Source: Bdellovibrionales bacterium (GTDB lineage: Bacteria; Bdellovibrionota; Bdellovibrionia; Bdellovibrionales; UBA1609). Taken from it: a DNA stretch of 64,000 nt. The position numbers were made by a program, and so were the translations under genes. Under the pieces are notes generated by a model. The model had not been told where the DNA came from. It worked only from the letters and a program-made list of their open reading frames with translations, and made no database searches. The stretch's first letter is position 1; the number at the start of each line of letters is the position of its first letter. The stretch spans positions 32,001 to 96,000 of the forward strand of contig CBDCMT010000001.1 in assembly GCA_965219095.1 (NCBI GenBank), read 5' to 3'. This document shows positions 28,390 through 41,432 of this stretch, in pieces.

Positions 28390-28541
28390 GAGGTGTCGTC
28401 AATTGATTTAATGTGGAAAACTTACCAGCAAAGATCAATAGAAAAGCGCAGAAGCCTTATGATAAAGACATTTATAAATTGTCTATCAAAAAGAAGGAGC
28501 CTGTAATTAGGCTCTGTAGAGCCTGTAATAAATTACAAGCT
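28390..28541 (+). mobile_element. Degraded IS5-family relic
   Basis: PAKINRKAQKPYDKDIYK resembles IS5/IS427 C-termini and is followed by GAGCCTGTAA hairpins. Confidence 0.4.
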
Positions 28542-28558
28542 TCAGCTTCCCATTCTTC

Positions 28559-29813
28559 TTATTTTGACTCACAAGTTCTATAAACTTTCGTTAATATTTT
28601 CTCTATACCTAAAACATAAACCTTTCTATTAGAGCGTATGACAATTTTTCCATCATCCATTATAACAGGAGAGGAATAAGGCCAATCGGGACAACCAAAT
28701 GTTTCAAAAGAAGCTAATTTAACCAACTCACCACTTCCCCAAGAAGTAGACTTAAGCTTTAAAACATAAACCTTTCCACCAGAACTTATGACAATTCTTC
28801 CACCATCCATTATAGCAGGAGAAGATCCTATCATCTGTTTCAAAAGAAGCTAATACAGCTAACATAGTAACTCCGAAAGCATACCTCTTAAGCTTTAAAA
28901 CATAAACCTTTCTATTAGAGCGTATGATAATTTTTCCATCATCCATTATAACAGGAGAGGAATAAATCGCTTTATCTATTTGAAAAGAGACCATTTTAAC
29001 TAACTTCTTACCCTTAAGTTTTAAAACATAAACCTTTCTAGTAAAGTTTATGACAATTGTTTCATCATCCATTATAGCAGGAGAAGAATAAATCACTTCA
29101 TCTGTTTTAAAGGAGGCCATTTTAACTAACTTCTTACCCTTAAGTTCTAAAACATAAACCTCTCTATTAGAATTTATGACAATTCTTCCATAATCCATTA
29201 CAACAAAATAGAAAGGTAAACTTATAGCACCTGTTTTAAAAGAGGCCATTTTAACTAACTTCTTACCCTTAAGTTCTAAAACATAAAACTCTCTACCAAA
29301 ACTTGTAACAATTCTTTCATTATCCATTACAACAGGAGAGGTATGAATCACAGCAGTTCTTTCAAAAAAAGCCACTTCAGCTAACTTCTTACCCAAAAGC
29401 TCTAAAACATGAATCCCTCTACTAGAACGTATGACAATTTTTCCATCATTCATTATAGCAGGAGAGGAATAAATTAGACCACCTATTTCAAAAGAAGCCA
29501 CTTCAACTAACTTATTATCCCAAAAACTATCCCAAAAACCCTTAGGCTCTAAAACATAAACAACACCTCTACTAGAACGTATGACAATTTTTCCATCATT
29601 CATTATAGCAGGAGAGGAATAACTCACATCATCTAATTCTTTACTTGCATATCTGAATTTAAACTTATAAACTTCCTCTTCTTTGAAACATATTTTATCA
29701 TGAGAGTCTCCTAAAGCGTAGTATTGTGCTGACTTTTTCTGAAAGACAAAAAAGCTGGAAAAAGCAAAGATTAGACTTAAGCTCGCTAAATGGAAAAAAA
29801 TTTTTGTTTTCAT
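28559..29813 (-). pseudogene. Eight-repeat PQQ-like beta-propeller secreted protein, frameshifted near 28825
   Basis: Signal/anchor, then eight ~42-aa repeats (YSSPAIMDDGKIVIxSxxKVYVL), split across ORFs 28752..29813 and 28559..28843. Confidence 0.75.
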
Positions 29814-30353
29814 AATTTACCTCCTATTGGTTTGAAAGTGTTTAATTTTTTGTTTTTAAGTCCTGTTCTCTATGTTAAGTCAAGTGAAGGACTCTTAACG
29901 TAACTGTTCAGAAAAATTCTAGTAAATTGTTGAAATTTCACTAAAAGCTCCTATGCCTATAATGTTATATGATGTTTTTCGTTTAGATTTTCAGATTTTT
30001 TGAGTTAGGGTCTAGTTTTTATTCAAAAGTATTGATAAATCGTCATTTGTTTTAAAAAATAGGTAACTGCTCACTCTCGTAAGTTTTTATTTAAAGCCAT
30101 AGAGATGGCTTCTAAAGAAGAATACCCTCTATTTCTCATTGTTTTAACATAGCTGGTAATACGACAAAAATATTTCGCCATTTCTTCTGTTCTGAAACAC
30201 CCTGACACTTTCTTTTTCACTTTAGTCATTCTTAGATCTCTTTCAGATCTGTTATTAGTAGGATCTACGTTCTTTCTTTTAGAAAAACACAGTATTTCTG
30301 CTTCATACTTTTTAAATCGCAGCCAAAGGTTTTGAGCTTGTGTATGCTTTATT

Positions 30354-31567
30354 TGTAATAGACGTTATATGATCTGACAGTTACCCTTTCTGGGTTGATA
30401 AAAAACTGTCTGTCAGTTTTCGTTCTGTTCAATCATCTTTTGCCTTACTTTTTGTTTTCCGTCAAGGAAAGTTTCCATAGGTGTTCGACCACAACACATT
30501 TTTCCCTGATGAGTTCTCCTTTCATTATATTTCACAAGCCACAAGTCAAGGTCAGACTGCAACTCTTCTATGCTTTTGTACACTTTTTTTCTAAACTCCA
30601 CTTGATAAAACTCCTCTAAAATTGTTCTATGAAATCTTTCACAGATGCCATTGGTTTGAGGATGTCTTGCCTTTGTTTTTGTGTGCTCTATATCATTGAT
30701 AGCCAAATAAAGCTCATAATCGTGACGATCTTGAACTCCACAGAACTCTGTACCCCTATCTGTTAACATACGAAGCAGGGGCACATCATGGTCTTCAAAA
30801 AAAGGAAACACTCTATCATTGAGAAGGTCAGCTGCTGTAATAGGTGTTTTCGTTTTATAGAGCTTACAGAAAGCAACTTTTGAGTAAGTGTCCACAAAGG
30901 TTTGTTGATAAAGACGTCCTACACCTTTCATAGTTCCCACATAAAAAGTGTCCTGTGAGCCTAAATAACCAGGATGAGCTGTCTCTACCTCTCCGCACTC
31001 TAAATCCTCTTGTTTCTTCTTCTCTAGGGCTTGTAACTGCTCCTCTGTGAAAACCAAGCCTTCCTCTGCAGACTTCTTTTCTAAAGCTTTCAAACGCTTT
31101 TTGAAAGTCTCTAAATTATTTCTCAGCCAGACCCCTCTAACTCCTGCAGGAGAAATAAAAATTCCTTTTTTCCTTAACTCATTGGACGCTCTCAACTGTC
31201 CATAGGCAGGAAGTTCTATAGCGATCCTTAAACAAGCCTCTTCTGTCGTTTGATCAACTCTGTTTTTTAAATTAGGCTTTCTACGACTTTGCTCTCTTAA
31301 TGATTCTAAACCTCCTTCCTCTTTGAGTGTCTTGTAACGATAAAATGTATCTCTTGAAAAGCCCATCACCTTACAAGCTTGAGATACATTGCCTAACTCT
31401 TCTGCTAATTGCAAAAGACCTACTTTTGATTTTATAATTCTTTCTTGATATGTCATTTTTGTTATCCTTTCTCCACCCTTTGGGGTGGTATTGTTTATTT
31501 AAAAGGGTAACCTCTTTTCATCTCTTTGACATTTCGAGACGTGTCAGATTAAGTTGCGACTATTACA
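30354..31567 (-). mobile_element. IS481-family element, copy 3 (1214 bp)
   Basis: TGT...ACA ends and 7-bp TSD CTTTATT. Confidence 0.96.
30413..31456 (-). CDS. IS481-family transposase
   Basis: 347 aa with intact DDE motifs. Confidence 0.95.
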   Translation of the reverse strand: MTYQERIIKSKVGLLQLAEELGNVSQACKVMGFSRDTFYRYKTLKEEGGLESLREQSRRKPNLKNRVDQTTEEACLRIAIELPAYGQLRASNELRKKGIFISPAGVRGVWLRNNLETFKKRLKALEKKSAEEGLVFTEEQLQALEKKKQEDLECGEVETAHPGYLGSQDTFYVGTMKGVGRLYQQTFVDTYSKVAFCKLYKTKTPITAADLLNDRVFPFFEDHDVPLLRMLTDRGTEFCGVQDRHDYELYLAINDIEHTKTKARHPQTNGICERFHRTILEEFYQVEFRKKVYKSIEELQSDLDLWLVKYNERRTHQGKMCCGRTPMETFLDGKQKVRQKMIEQNEN

Positions 31568-32659
31568 CTTTATTCGTCCTTTCTTGCCATTTTTCTTAGG
31601 AAATTCTGGAAGCTCTTTTAAGCCTTTTGTAAGAATACTCCTATACCTTCTCTGAAGAGTTTCGTACTCTTTTTGAGTCAGAACTCTTGACTCTTTTTTA
31701 TGAACTAACTCCACAGTCTCTTTAAGAAGTTTTTTGAGATTTGTAGCCCATTTGAATCCATTGCTTTCTTCTATAAATTTAAGCTCTCTCAAAAGGTGAG
31801 CCACACACAAAGCATGAGTTATCTTATCATAACAAAAGTAAGGACTCCAACAATCATGCACAAGCACTCCTCCATATCTATCCAAGAGACCAATATCTTT
31901 TATGGCTTCCCTTCCACCTGAAAGGTGGAGAAACTGCAAGACTAATTCTCCTGAACTATAAGTATGAATCCAGTAGTTTTTACCCTTAACCCTCATAGAG
32001 GTCTCATCAACATGAATGACCTCTGATTCAAGTATCTTTTCTTTCATCTGCTCTTCCCAACTTTTAAGAAACTCTCCTAATTCAGCAATGTATCTCAACA
32101 TAACTGCAGGAGAAATCATTCGACCTATAAGCCCCATGTAATGTTCCCCAACACGTTGAAAAGACAGCATCTGAACTATAATGAAATTGATGATGGAAGC
32201 TCTAATGCCTATACCATACTGAAGAGGACCACTCATACCTTTAGGGAATTGACCTTTATTTCTAGCTCCACATGAGGGACAATCCTTAACTTCAGAAGTT
32301 ACAGTATGGGTCTGAATTTCATAAAAAATATCAATCTTTTTACGCTTCTCAAGGCTTTTTACCTCTGCTGTCTTTAAACACATCCCACACTGAGAACACT
32401 CTGAGGGAGAGACAGTCTCCTCACTGTTTGTATCTTTACTGTTATCAAGTCTAGAGCCCTTTTTCTGACTCCCACTAGCTTTCTTATTACGATTCCCTTG
32501 ACGACTAAAATCTTGCGAAGGAGGAAGACCGCTGTTGCTGGAATTTTTTCGAACCTGTTTTTCTAAAAACACAACAATCAGAATGTTCACAACCTTAAAG
32601 AGAGATTCAACAATCACAGAAATCTCAGCTATGAATCTCCTTTCAACTCATCATCTTTC

Positions 32660-32830
32660 AAAAAAAGGAAAGAAAAAGCCCAAGAAAAGAAAGATAGATA
32701 AAAATCCAAATTTAAAAAAATATGTTAAAGAAGGTTTAAAGATGTCTTGGTCTCCAGAACAAATAGTAGGAAGGATGAAGTTAGAGGGCAAAAATTTTTC
32801 CATTTCTACTGAATCCATTTACGCTTATCT
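32660..32830 (+). mobile_element. IS30-family internal fragment
   Basis: WSPEQIVGR...ISTESIY motif. Confidence 0.75.
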
Positions 32831-32833
32831 TTT

Positions 32834-33260
32834 CCTGACTTCGACACAACACACTGCAACAAGTGAATAATTTCAAATAGTTACAATTTTTGGGGCCACA
32901 GGAAAGGGTTTTTTAAAGGTCGACAGATGTTGTGGGAATGAGGCTCATAGAAGAGTTTCTTTTAAGCGAAAAAGCACTATAAATTTCTTCTACTTCCTTT
33001 GTACAACCTGAGGGAAGGCGATAAAGTTTTTTCGTCTTTTTTTCTTCTAAAATACTGTACTGATCTCTTTTTAAGATCTTTCTCATTCTTTCAAAGCTTA
33101 AATTAAGTCCTGCTTGTTTGAGTTTATAAACCATTGTGTAAGAGATCGCATAGGCTAAAAAACAAATGGCAATGTGAGTTTCTATTCTTCTTTTTTTCCA
33201 ATGATAAACAGGCCTCATCTTTAACGTCGTCTTAATTCACTCTAAAAGCCTCTTCTAATA
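32834..33260 (-). mobile_element. IS1634-family 3' fragment
   Basis: MRPVYHWKKRRIETHIAICFLAY and a CCTGAC-type end. Confidence 0.8.
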
Positions 33261-33289
33261 CAGAAAAATGGGTATAAAAAAAATACAGA

Positions 33290-33581
33290 AGCCATGACTT
33301 ACAAAGACTTTGTAAACGTTTGGTCAAATATCGAGATGAAATTTATACTTTCATTAAGTCTGGAGTAGACCCCACTAACAATTATGGAGAGAGGGAAATT
33401 AGGCCTGCTGTACTTATGAGAAAAATCTCTTATTGCAATCGCTCAGAACAGGGAGCACATAACCAAGAGGTTATGATGAGTGTCGCTCGAACGGCCAAAA
33501 AACAGAATCTATCCTTCGTTGACATAGCTACTGAATACCTCTCTAAACATTAAAATCACTAGAATTTAAGTGAACAGTTAC
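33290..33581 (+). mobile_element. IS66-family 3' fragment
   Basis: DPTNNYGEREIRPAVLMRKIS and GTGAACAGTTAC terminus. Confidence 0.8.
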
Positions 33582-33609
33582 CTCTTAACCTTATCTAATA
33601 ATACGTAAT

Positions 33610-33626
33610 AGCAAAAACTATTCCAA
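33610..33626 (-). promoter_or_regulatory. Sigma54-like -24/-12 promoter whose gene has been replaced by IS DNA
   Basis: Minus strand reads TTGGAATAGTTTTTGCT (GG-N10-GC). Confidence 0.4.
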
Positions 33627-33845
33627 GCCTAACTCCTTATTATTTAAACTTGAGCCTCTTTAAATTCAAAGGTGACAAAAATTGTTAAACACTTGTGACA
33701 AAAATTGTCACACACTTTCTTCAATTTTTTTTGCTAAATTAAAAATTAAGTCACCAGTTTGAGGGAGGATCTCCGTTACTAAAGGGCAAATTGAGGATTA
33801 TAACACTTGACTTCAAAAGAACTATTATGATAAAATACAATCCTT

Positions 33846-36800
33846 ATGGTGAAAATGGATAAGATGCAAAAAAAAAAAATTCAAATATTTTTTTTCTAAT
33901 ATTCTAATATATTTAACTTTACTTTCGTGGTCTTTTGAATCTTTGGCCAGTTTCTCTTGTGCAAACCTCTTTCAATCAAATGAAAAATCCCTTTTCTATA
34001 ACGATATGATTTCAAAAAATAACGATATGATTTCAAAAAAAATAGATGATATTGAAAGAGATTTTTCAGAGCCAGACAAGACTTTCAAAATTATTGAATC
34101 TATAGATCGTTTGGATTTAAAGAAGCTAGAAAGTGTTCATAAAAAAAGACTTATAAACATTCTCCTTCCTAAGAAAGCAAATACTCTTGAGGAAAAAAAA
34201 AGTATAAACAATTTTTGGACATATCTATCATTAGAGATTTTTCAGAGCCAGATGGGACTTTCAAACGAAAACTACAAGCACTTAGAGGGACATATTAAAG
34301 TAATGAAGGCTCTAGTTGAGGAGCTTAAATTATTTAAAAAAACTATTCAAGAAGACATTCTTTATAGAATATTTGAACATAAAATTTATGATAATTATTG
34401 GCTGTTCCTTGAAATTTTTAATAGAGAAGATTTAAAAGATGTATTTTTAAAATATATAGAGCAAGAAGATGCCTTTTCCAAACATCTAGAAAACATGAAT
34501 ACCTTTGATTTCTTTTTGATAAATGCTTTTTTGGTACCTGAACTTACAAGTGGGAGAAATCTTGATTATTTAGAAAAAAATAAAAAAGCATGGAAAGCCT
34601 TAGAGTTTCTTTTTCTCATCCCTGAACTCCATGAGAGTTATCTTAATACTTATATAAGTAAAGAAAAATGGCTAACTAAAAAAAACATTTCTTTTGCCGT
34701 AAAGACTTGGCTTTATCTACAGTATAAATCAAATAAACAATTTAAAAATATAAGCAGTCTATTTTCTACACTTTTTGATGTGCTTAAACAATTTAATTAT
34801 AATAGTGATTCTTATATCATTAATTATGGAGATATAATGTTTTCAATAATTTTTATGCCATCTCAGCATCAGAAGGAGATTAGGAAGTACATTACAGCTG
34901 TATTAAAAACTCCAACTGAACTCATACAAGAATTCACTATTCCCAATCTCCAACTTGATAGGCTACCTTTAAAAACCAGCAATGGTGAAAAAAGCCTATC
35001 TCAAATACTAGAAACTTTCTCGGGAACACATCCAGATCTCCTTCCCAATAAAATATTGCCTACTCTATGGGATCGAGTACAAAGCATGCCTTCTGTTTTA
35101 GGACTCTTAAACGGTTGGTTAAAACATTTACCAAAATTTTATTTGAATGGACTTCCCCAAATTCCTAAAAATTCAACAGAGCTTTTGTGTAAAATTACAG
35201 GCCTTCATGTTTCTCATACTCCTTACATACAAAATTTAAAAAATCCAAATCAGTTGTTTGAGATGCTTCTAGATATGCAAAGTAGATATAAAGCACCAAT
35301 TTTTCATAATTTAGAAATAAACTCTAATCTGTTTGAATCTTCTCAAACGAAACATTTTTTTCTAAATTTTTTAGAAGCATTAAGACGAATCGAGTTATTT
35401 GAAAATACTAAAAGGAATAACGCTTATGTAGGACCTCACTCATCTTTTCAGAAAATTACTTCAAAATACAAACTTGATCAAACAGAAATCAATCTTCAAA
35501 ATATTGAGAATATAACCTCTTTTTTAAAGAAAGAGTTTATCAAAAAACTTCCAGATTTTTTTGATAACAATGAGATTAACTTCTCCCATGATGAATGGAA
35601 AAAATTAGAAGAAAAATTAGGTGATTTAGATGCTGTTTTTACTCTTTTATCAAGATTATCAGGGGCAAAAGATGAACAATATTCTATTGTTCAATCTTTA
35701 GAGGCTATTTTAAAAGATGAATTTGAAAAGTACAAATTTGATGATAATAGAGATTATCAGCTTAAAAGCTTAAATGATCAACAATTTAATGCTTGGAAAA
35801 AGAAAAGAGTTCTTTTAAGTTTAATCGATACTGAAAAGAAGGTCATTAAAAATGAATTTAATAATAGAAGGGATCAGGTTAAAAAATACATTCAAAATAA
35901 ACTGCTACCACCAATTCAAAAAATCACTCAAAAACTTGGAGAGAAGAATAAATCAGAAAAAACTCTTTCCAAAGAACTTCTTGAGCCTCTAATTTTAGAA
36001 CACATTCATCAACCTAAAGCCCCAAAAGAAATTTTACAACAATACTTTGCTGAAAAAGGTTTTTCCGAAACAAAATCCAAATCTTTTACAACTCAACTTT
36101 TTAAAGGTTTAGTCCAGTTATTACAGACAGAAGGAATTAACAATTCTCTTTTTTTAAAGGGGCTTCAAAAAGTTATAAAACTTTACTTATTTGAAATGAG
36201 GAAAGGTGATCTTTTTGATGAAATTAAACCATTTATAAAACCATTTATAGAGAGTTTAAAAGAAATAGACAATATATTTCAAGCAGTAAACTTAGAGCAT
36301 GTAAATAATGGTTTTATAGTTTCAGTTGTAGATCATTCTCCAAAACTTTTAATGACTACAGGAAATTTAGTAAAAAATTGTGCAAGTTGCATGAATCATA
36401 AAACAGGTTCTCAAATTGGTTACTTACCATCTTATGTTATTGATGGCAACATTCAAATCATGCTCAGTTTTCATTTAAAAGAAAAAGATTTTTATATTAG
36501 AAGAGATTATTTAACTGTTCTTAAATCTTATATTAATGACAACTTATCAGTTTCTTTTAACGGCAACTTAAAAGTATTTACTTTTAAAACAAAAGAGGGG
36601 GAATTTGCAACTCGTCCCATTGAGTATGCAGTTTTACGTCAGATGTTAAAAATAGGGTTTGAAGAAAAAGCTGTCCTCTCACGTGTCTCACGTGTACGTC
36701 AGATGTTAAAAATAGGGTTTGAAGAAAAAACTTCTCGTCCAGGGGTTTTCTTGGAGTTATCGTATAATAAATACGATAACTCTCATATAATTGATCAAAT

Positions 36801-36978
36801 TTCTCAAGACAACCATAAGAAACTTCTTTTAGAGATCATTCATGACATGAAGGCTTTAAATGAATCTTCTAGAATTATTATGGCTCCATCACGAAATTCT
36901 TTAGGGGCTTATGGTTACGTACATGAAGGAAAAGTAGATATTGCTCCAATCAAACTATACGAAGAGCCTGTAAATTAA
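33846..36978 (+). CDS. ~1000-aa secreted hypothetical protein, copy 1; leader disconnected by a T8 tract (long ORF 33943..36978)
   Basis: Leader matches 59525 but has A12/T8 instead of A9/T7. Body is colinear with 59998..62457. Carries a 60-bp in-frame duplication at ~36635-36729. Confidence 0.8.
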
Positions 36979-37020
36979 ATTGTGTAACTGATTTTTTTAA
37001 AAAATTTTTCTGAAATGAAC

Positions 37021-37342
37021 CCTAACCGCAATTCACTAGTGCAACCTTTTCTTTCATCATAATCTCATAAGGTGTTAACCAGTCAAGACATTTCATGAGC
37101 CTATTGTTAATTTCAAATTCAATTTTCTTTAAACGTCGTCGAGTAGGTCAACGAGTTGAGATCAGAACCCTTGGGAAGGTATTGTCTCAACACACCAATG
37201 CGATTCTCATTAGTTCCTCTTTGATAACTGGAGTAAGGATCACATAAGAAAACTTTCACTCCTACTTTATCTTCGTAACCTCTATGATCTGAAAACTCTT
37301 GACCTCTATCATTAACCATGGATTTCTTAGGAAGCTTTCTTA
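37021..37342 (-). mobile_element. IS30-family 3' relic
   Basis: DRGQEF and PYSSYQRGTNENRIGVLRQYLPK motifs. Cut by IS1634 type B. Confidence 0.85.
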
Positions 37343-39044
37343 CCTAAAATCCCGTTAAGTTATAACTAGGATTTTAACAAAATCTTATAAGTGCTTAAAA
37401 ATACGGTGATTTTTTTAATTTTTTTTCTTGCAATCTCTTTTTCCATGGTTATAATTATAACTATGAGCTACAGAGTCGAGCAAAAAATTAAAGGAAAAAT
37501 TTACATTTATGAAGTTAAGAGCTTTTGGGATAAATCCAAGCAACAAGCAAGACAAAAAAGAACTTATCTTGGACGCAAGGATGAAAAAACAGGCAAAATT
37601 GTTTTAACTTCTAAAAACTCTATTGTTCCTAAAGGTTCCTATAAATTTGGCAGTTTTTTTCTACTTAAAAATCTATCTGATCAAATTAATTTAACAAAAG
37701 TTCTAAAAAAAGTTTTTCCATACGATTACAAAAAATACCTTTCTGTTGTATTTTACAAAGTGATCCAAGCTGATCCTTACTATTTATACAAGCTATGGGA
37801 AGAGGAAACCTATACTTTTTCCAATATTGGGCTTGATTCCCAGAGAATAAGTGAGATGCTCTTGGATATTGGAAAAAATGAAAAGCACATTGAAGTGTTT
37901 TTTAGCAATTGGATTAATGAGTAGGACAATAAATATTCAGTTATGTTTGATATTTCATCCATTTCTTCTTATTCTAAAAATAACGAACTAGTTGATCGTA
38001 GCTATAACTGTGACAAGAAGAATCTCGGTCAAACAAATTTAGGGATTATTAGTAGACGTGAGAAAAACTCTATTCAACTACCTTTAGCTTATAGAATATA
38101 TCCTGGAAGTATATCGGATGTAGTAACTTTAAAAAACATAATTAAACTGATTAAGTACTATAAACTTAATGTTAATTATTTTGTTATGGATAGAGGTTTT
38201 TATAGCAAGGAAAATATACGAGAGATGAATAACAAAGGGCTAAAATTCCTCCTACCACTGGTCTTTACAACACGAAAAGCAAAACAATTAGTTTATGATT
38301 TTGATGAAGAAATCAGCAAACCTATTTGCTCTTTTTTATACAATGAAAATGTTTATTCTCATGTAAGGACTAAGGTAGAAATAAATGGAGTTATGTGTGT
38401 AGCACATATTTTTTTAGATAAAGAAAGAAGAGCAAGGGAGGAGAGTTTGTTGATAAGAAAAATGTCATATTTGGAATCAATTTTCTCAGAGAAGGGTTTT
38501 AAAGATGAAATAAGTGCTGAAGAATATATTAAAGAAACAATGAAGTCAAAGAGAAGATTCTTTAAAGTAAAGAAGAGAAATAAAAGGGTTACTATAGAAA
38601 GAGATGAAGTTTTCCTCAAAGAGGCAGTTATGCAAATGGGAAAGTTTATTTTTATTACAAATGAAAGGGGCTTAGATCGGAAGGATGTGTTATTGCTTTA
38701 TCGCAGTAGAGATGGGATAGAAAGATTATTTAGATCTTTTAAGCACGATATTCTTGAAAAAAGGAGTAGGGTAAAATCATCCACTTCAATGAAGGGAAGT
38801 GTTTTTATAAACTTTTTGGCTTTGATTTTAATTTCTCATATTGATAAAATTATGAATCAAGAAAAGTTATACAAAAAAGTTACTAAAAAGGAGTTATTTA
38901 GAACACTTGATCAGCTTAAAGTTTACCATCTTGCAAATGATAAGATCATTTTAGCCGAAGTATCAAAACGTCAAAAAGAAATTTTTTCGGCGTTTAAATT
39001 GTTGAAAAAGCTCAAACCTAGTTATAACTCAGCGGGATTTTAGG
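37343..39044 (+). mobile_element. IS1634-like element type B (1702 bp); transposase split by an in-frame TAG at 37922-37924
   Basis: IR CCTAAAATCCCG(T/C)T(A/G)AGTTATAACTAGG. FDISSISSYS, VMDRGFYS and YRSRDGIERLF motifs. Confidence 0.88.
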
Positions 39045-39346
39045 TTTAAAAGCTCTAAACGACTGAGGAATCCAGTTCAACAATTTTTTCATATTTGAGT
39101 GTGTATTTTTACAATTTTTTCACAAAAAATTCTTATTTGTTTTGATGGAGAAGAGAAGAACTAATTTCGAGATCAAATTCTAGGGCAAGGACTTTCAAAA
39201 AACCCTTTTCGTTGGAAAAAGAGAATTTGTAAAAAATTATCAAAAATACTTAGTACTACTTTGGCAAGTGAATTAAGTTGTGTTATAATAGGCTCAAAGA
39301 TACTTAAGGAGGGGTTGAGTATGAGATATTCAGAGTTAAAAAAAAT

Positions 39347-39395
39347 GCCTCCTCAAAAGAACCTCCGAGAACCTACAGATTCTTTTGAGGGGGGC
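39347..39395. repeat. ISL3-end hairpin mini-element, diverged copy
   Basis: Reverse-orientation match to 4093..4140 with a few differences. Confidence 0.75.
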
Positions 39396-39647
39396 GAAAA
39401 TACTTTCTCTATCGTTCGTCAACAAACAAGAAAGGTGAAGAATTGGAAGAGAAATCCTCGACAAATCTCCTTATGGATCGCAGCTTCCTTGTTACATGTT
39501 GAAAAAAAGTTTTGCACTGTCAGGGGATATAAACAAATCCCTCTATTTATAGAAGAAATAAATAAAATAAACCTTGAAAAATAAATGGAGATAGCTTAAT
39601 TATGAAAAAGCCCTTTCTGAAAGTCTAACGGGATTACGGACATCCTC
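39396..39647 (+). mobile_element. IS256-family 3' fragment
   Basis: Similar to the reverse complement of 46243-46495, ending TTACGGACATCCTC. Confidence 0.85.
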
Positions 39648-39691
39648 CATTCTAGCATAGTCCGCAAGTATGCTTCGGAGGGTTCATTCAC

Positions 39692-39709
39692 CCACGGCTA
39701 AAGCCGTGG
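39692..39709. mobile_element. IS200/IS605-type subterminal hairpin relic
   Basis: CCACGGCTAAAGCCGTGG hairpin typical of this superfamily's ends. No tnpA or tnpB nearby. Confidence 0.5.
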
Positions 39710-39803
39710 TGCTCTGTCTTCGACTGCATAGAGAAGATATTATAAAAAAAGACATAAATTGTAAAATTTAAGCAAAAAAAGAGTTTAAACAAAATACTGT
39801 TAA

Positions 39804-41432
39804 ATTAACTCAGGCTTAGAGTGTGGTAGCAAACCTGAACTGCTTATTGCTTTAGCTCTTATGAAAAACCCTGAAGCCGCCATCATATGTAACGGCTTTA
39901 AAGATCGAGATTATATTGAAATGACCTTACTGGCTCAGAAAATCAACAAACATACCATCATTGTTGTAGAGAGAATAGAAGAGTTAGAAACCATTATAGA
40001 GATCAGTAAAAGCATAGACCTTAAGCCTTCTATTGGTTTTAGAGTGAAGCTCCACACCTCCTCTAAAAGCCATTGGAGGGATAGTACAGGAATGAATTCT
40101 AAGTTTGGTTTGACCTCTAGAGAGGTTGTTCATTGCATGGAAACACTAAAAAATAACAATTTCACAAATTCCTTAGAACTACTTCACTTCCATATTGGTT
40201 CTCAAGTCCCCTCCATACAACATATTAAAAACGGTGTTAAAGAAGGTGTTCGTTTTTATGTAGAAATTAAAAAACAAGCCCCGTCTTTAAAATATCTAGA
40301 TGTGGGAGGAGGTTTAGGGGTCAATTATGAGGCTCCTCAAAATTTAGATTCTAAAAACTCTCTGAATTACACTCCTCAAGAATACGCTAATGACATCATT
40401 TTTATCACCCAATCCATTTGCGATGAACAAGATATCGAACATCCATGTATTATTACTGAATCAGGACGTTTTCTTGTAGCTCATAGTTCTGTTCTCATCA
40501 CAGACGTTCTAGGAGAACAAGCTAAGTCTTTACAAGAAGAGATTGTTTTTACCATCAACTCTAAAGATTCTCAAATCGTAAAAGAGCTCTTAGAACTCTA
40601 TACCGATGTAAATGAGAAAAACTTTTACGAGTTTTATAACGATCTAGTAGAAAAAAAGAGAGATATTTTACAAATGTTCACTTATGGGGTTTTAAGTTTA
40701 GAACAAAGAGGGCGAGCTGAAGAGTTATACCAAGCTATTGCACAAAAAATGATCCGGTTAGCAAAAAAAACAAAAGGATCTGAGGAAATTTGCTATAACC
40801 TAGAAAGCCAATTGTCCTCTATTTATTTCTGCAACTTCTCTGTGTTCCAATCACTACCTGATTCTTGGGCCTTAAGCCAAGTCTTTCCTATCATGCCCAT
40901 TCAAAGACTTCATGAAAAACCAACACAACGTGCGATTTTAGCTGACTTGACCTGTGACTCTGATGGAAAAATTGAACGTTTCATCGATCCAGAAACAAAA
41001 GAAGTACAAAAGTATTTAGAGGTTCATGAGTTGAATTTAAAAGATCCTTACTACATTGGATTTTTTCTAACAGGAGCTTATCAAGAAGTTTTAGGAGACT
41101 TACATAACCTTTTTGGAGATACCAATACAGTCCAAGTATCCATTCATGAAGATGGCGGTTATACACTTAATGAAGTGTCCAGAGAGGATTCTGTCTCTGA
41201 AGTTCTAAGTTATTTAAGATACCAAGGGCATGATCTCTTTGAAAAAGTAAGAAAAGAGTGTGAAAAAAGCATTCAAGAAAAAAGATTCTCTATGAAAGAA
41301 GCCCACCTTTTCCTTAGAAAGTATGGGAAGAGTTTAAAAGGCTCCCCTTATCTTATCTCTTCAAAAAATAAAGACTTACTCAATTCCGACACCCTATTTT
41401 CAGAAGGAATTTCAAGTTCATGTCATATCTAA
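39804..41432 (+). pseudogene. speA: Biosynthetic arginine decarboxylase, 5'-truncated (PLP-Lys YPIK region missing)
   Basis: GLECGSKPEL, CNGFKD, SKFGL, HFHIGSQ, DVGGGLGV, ESGR, DLTCDSDG and GAYQE motifs. The frame is closed upstream of 39804. Confidence 0.9.

Larger units (their letters stand above)
30063..32620 (-). mobile_element. IS66-family element (TnpC) interrupted by IS481 and 5'-truncated
   Basis: GTAACTGCTCAC end. KNSSNSGLPPS, HVDET, HDCW and CVAHLLREL motifs. The frame resumes after the IS481 (KGRIKHTQ...PTNNRSERDLRM). Confidence 0.88.

Noticed and set aside
37922..37924. Genome-wide TAG recoding
   Set aside because: Other genes end normally in TAG (e.g. 17905, 56559, 58255).
39261..39584. 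107-aa ORF and its mirror 42596..42919 as genes
   Set aside because: Chance fusion of intergenic DNA, the ISL3 hairpin and an IS256 tail.
39650..39730. TnpB/IscB RNA-guided system
   Set aside because: Only the end hairpin is present, with no nuclease ORF nearby.
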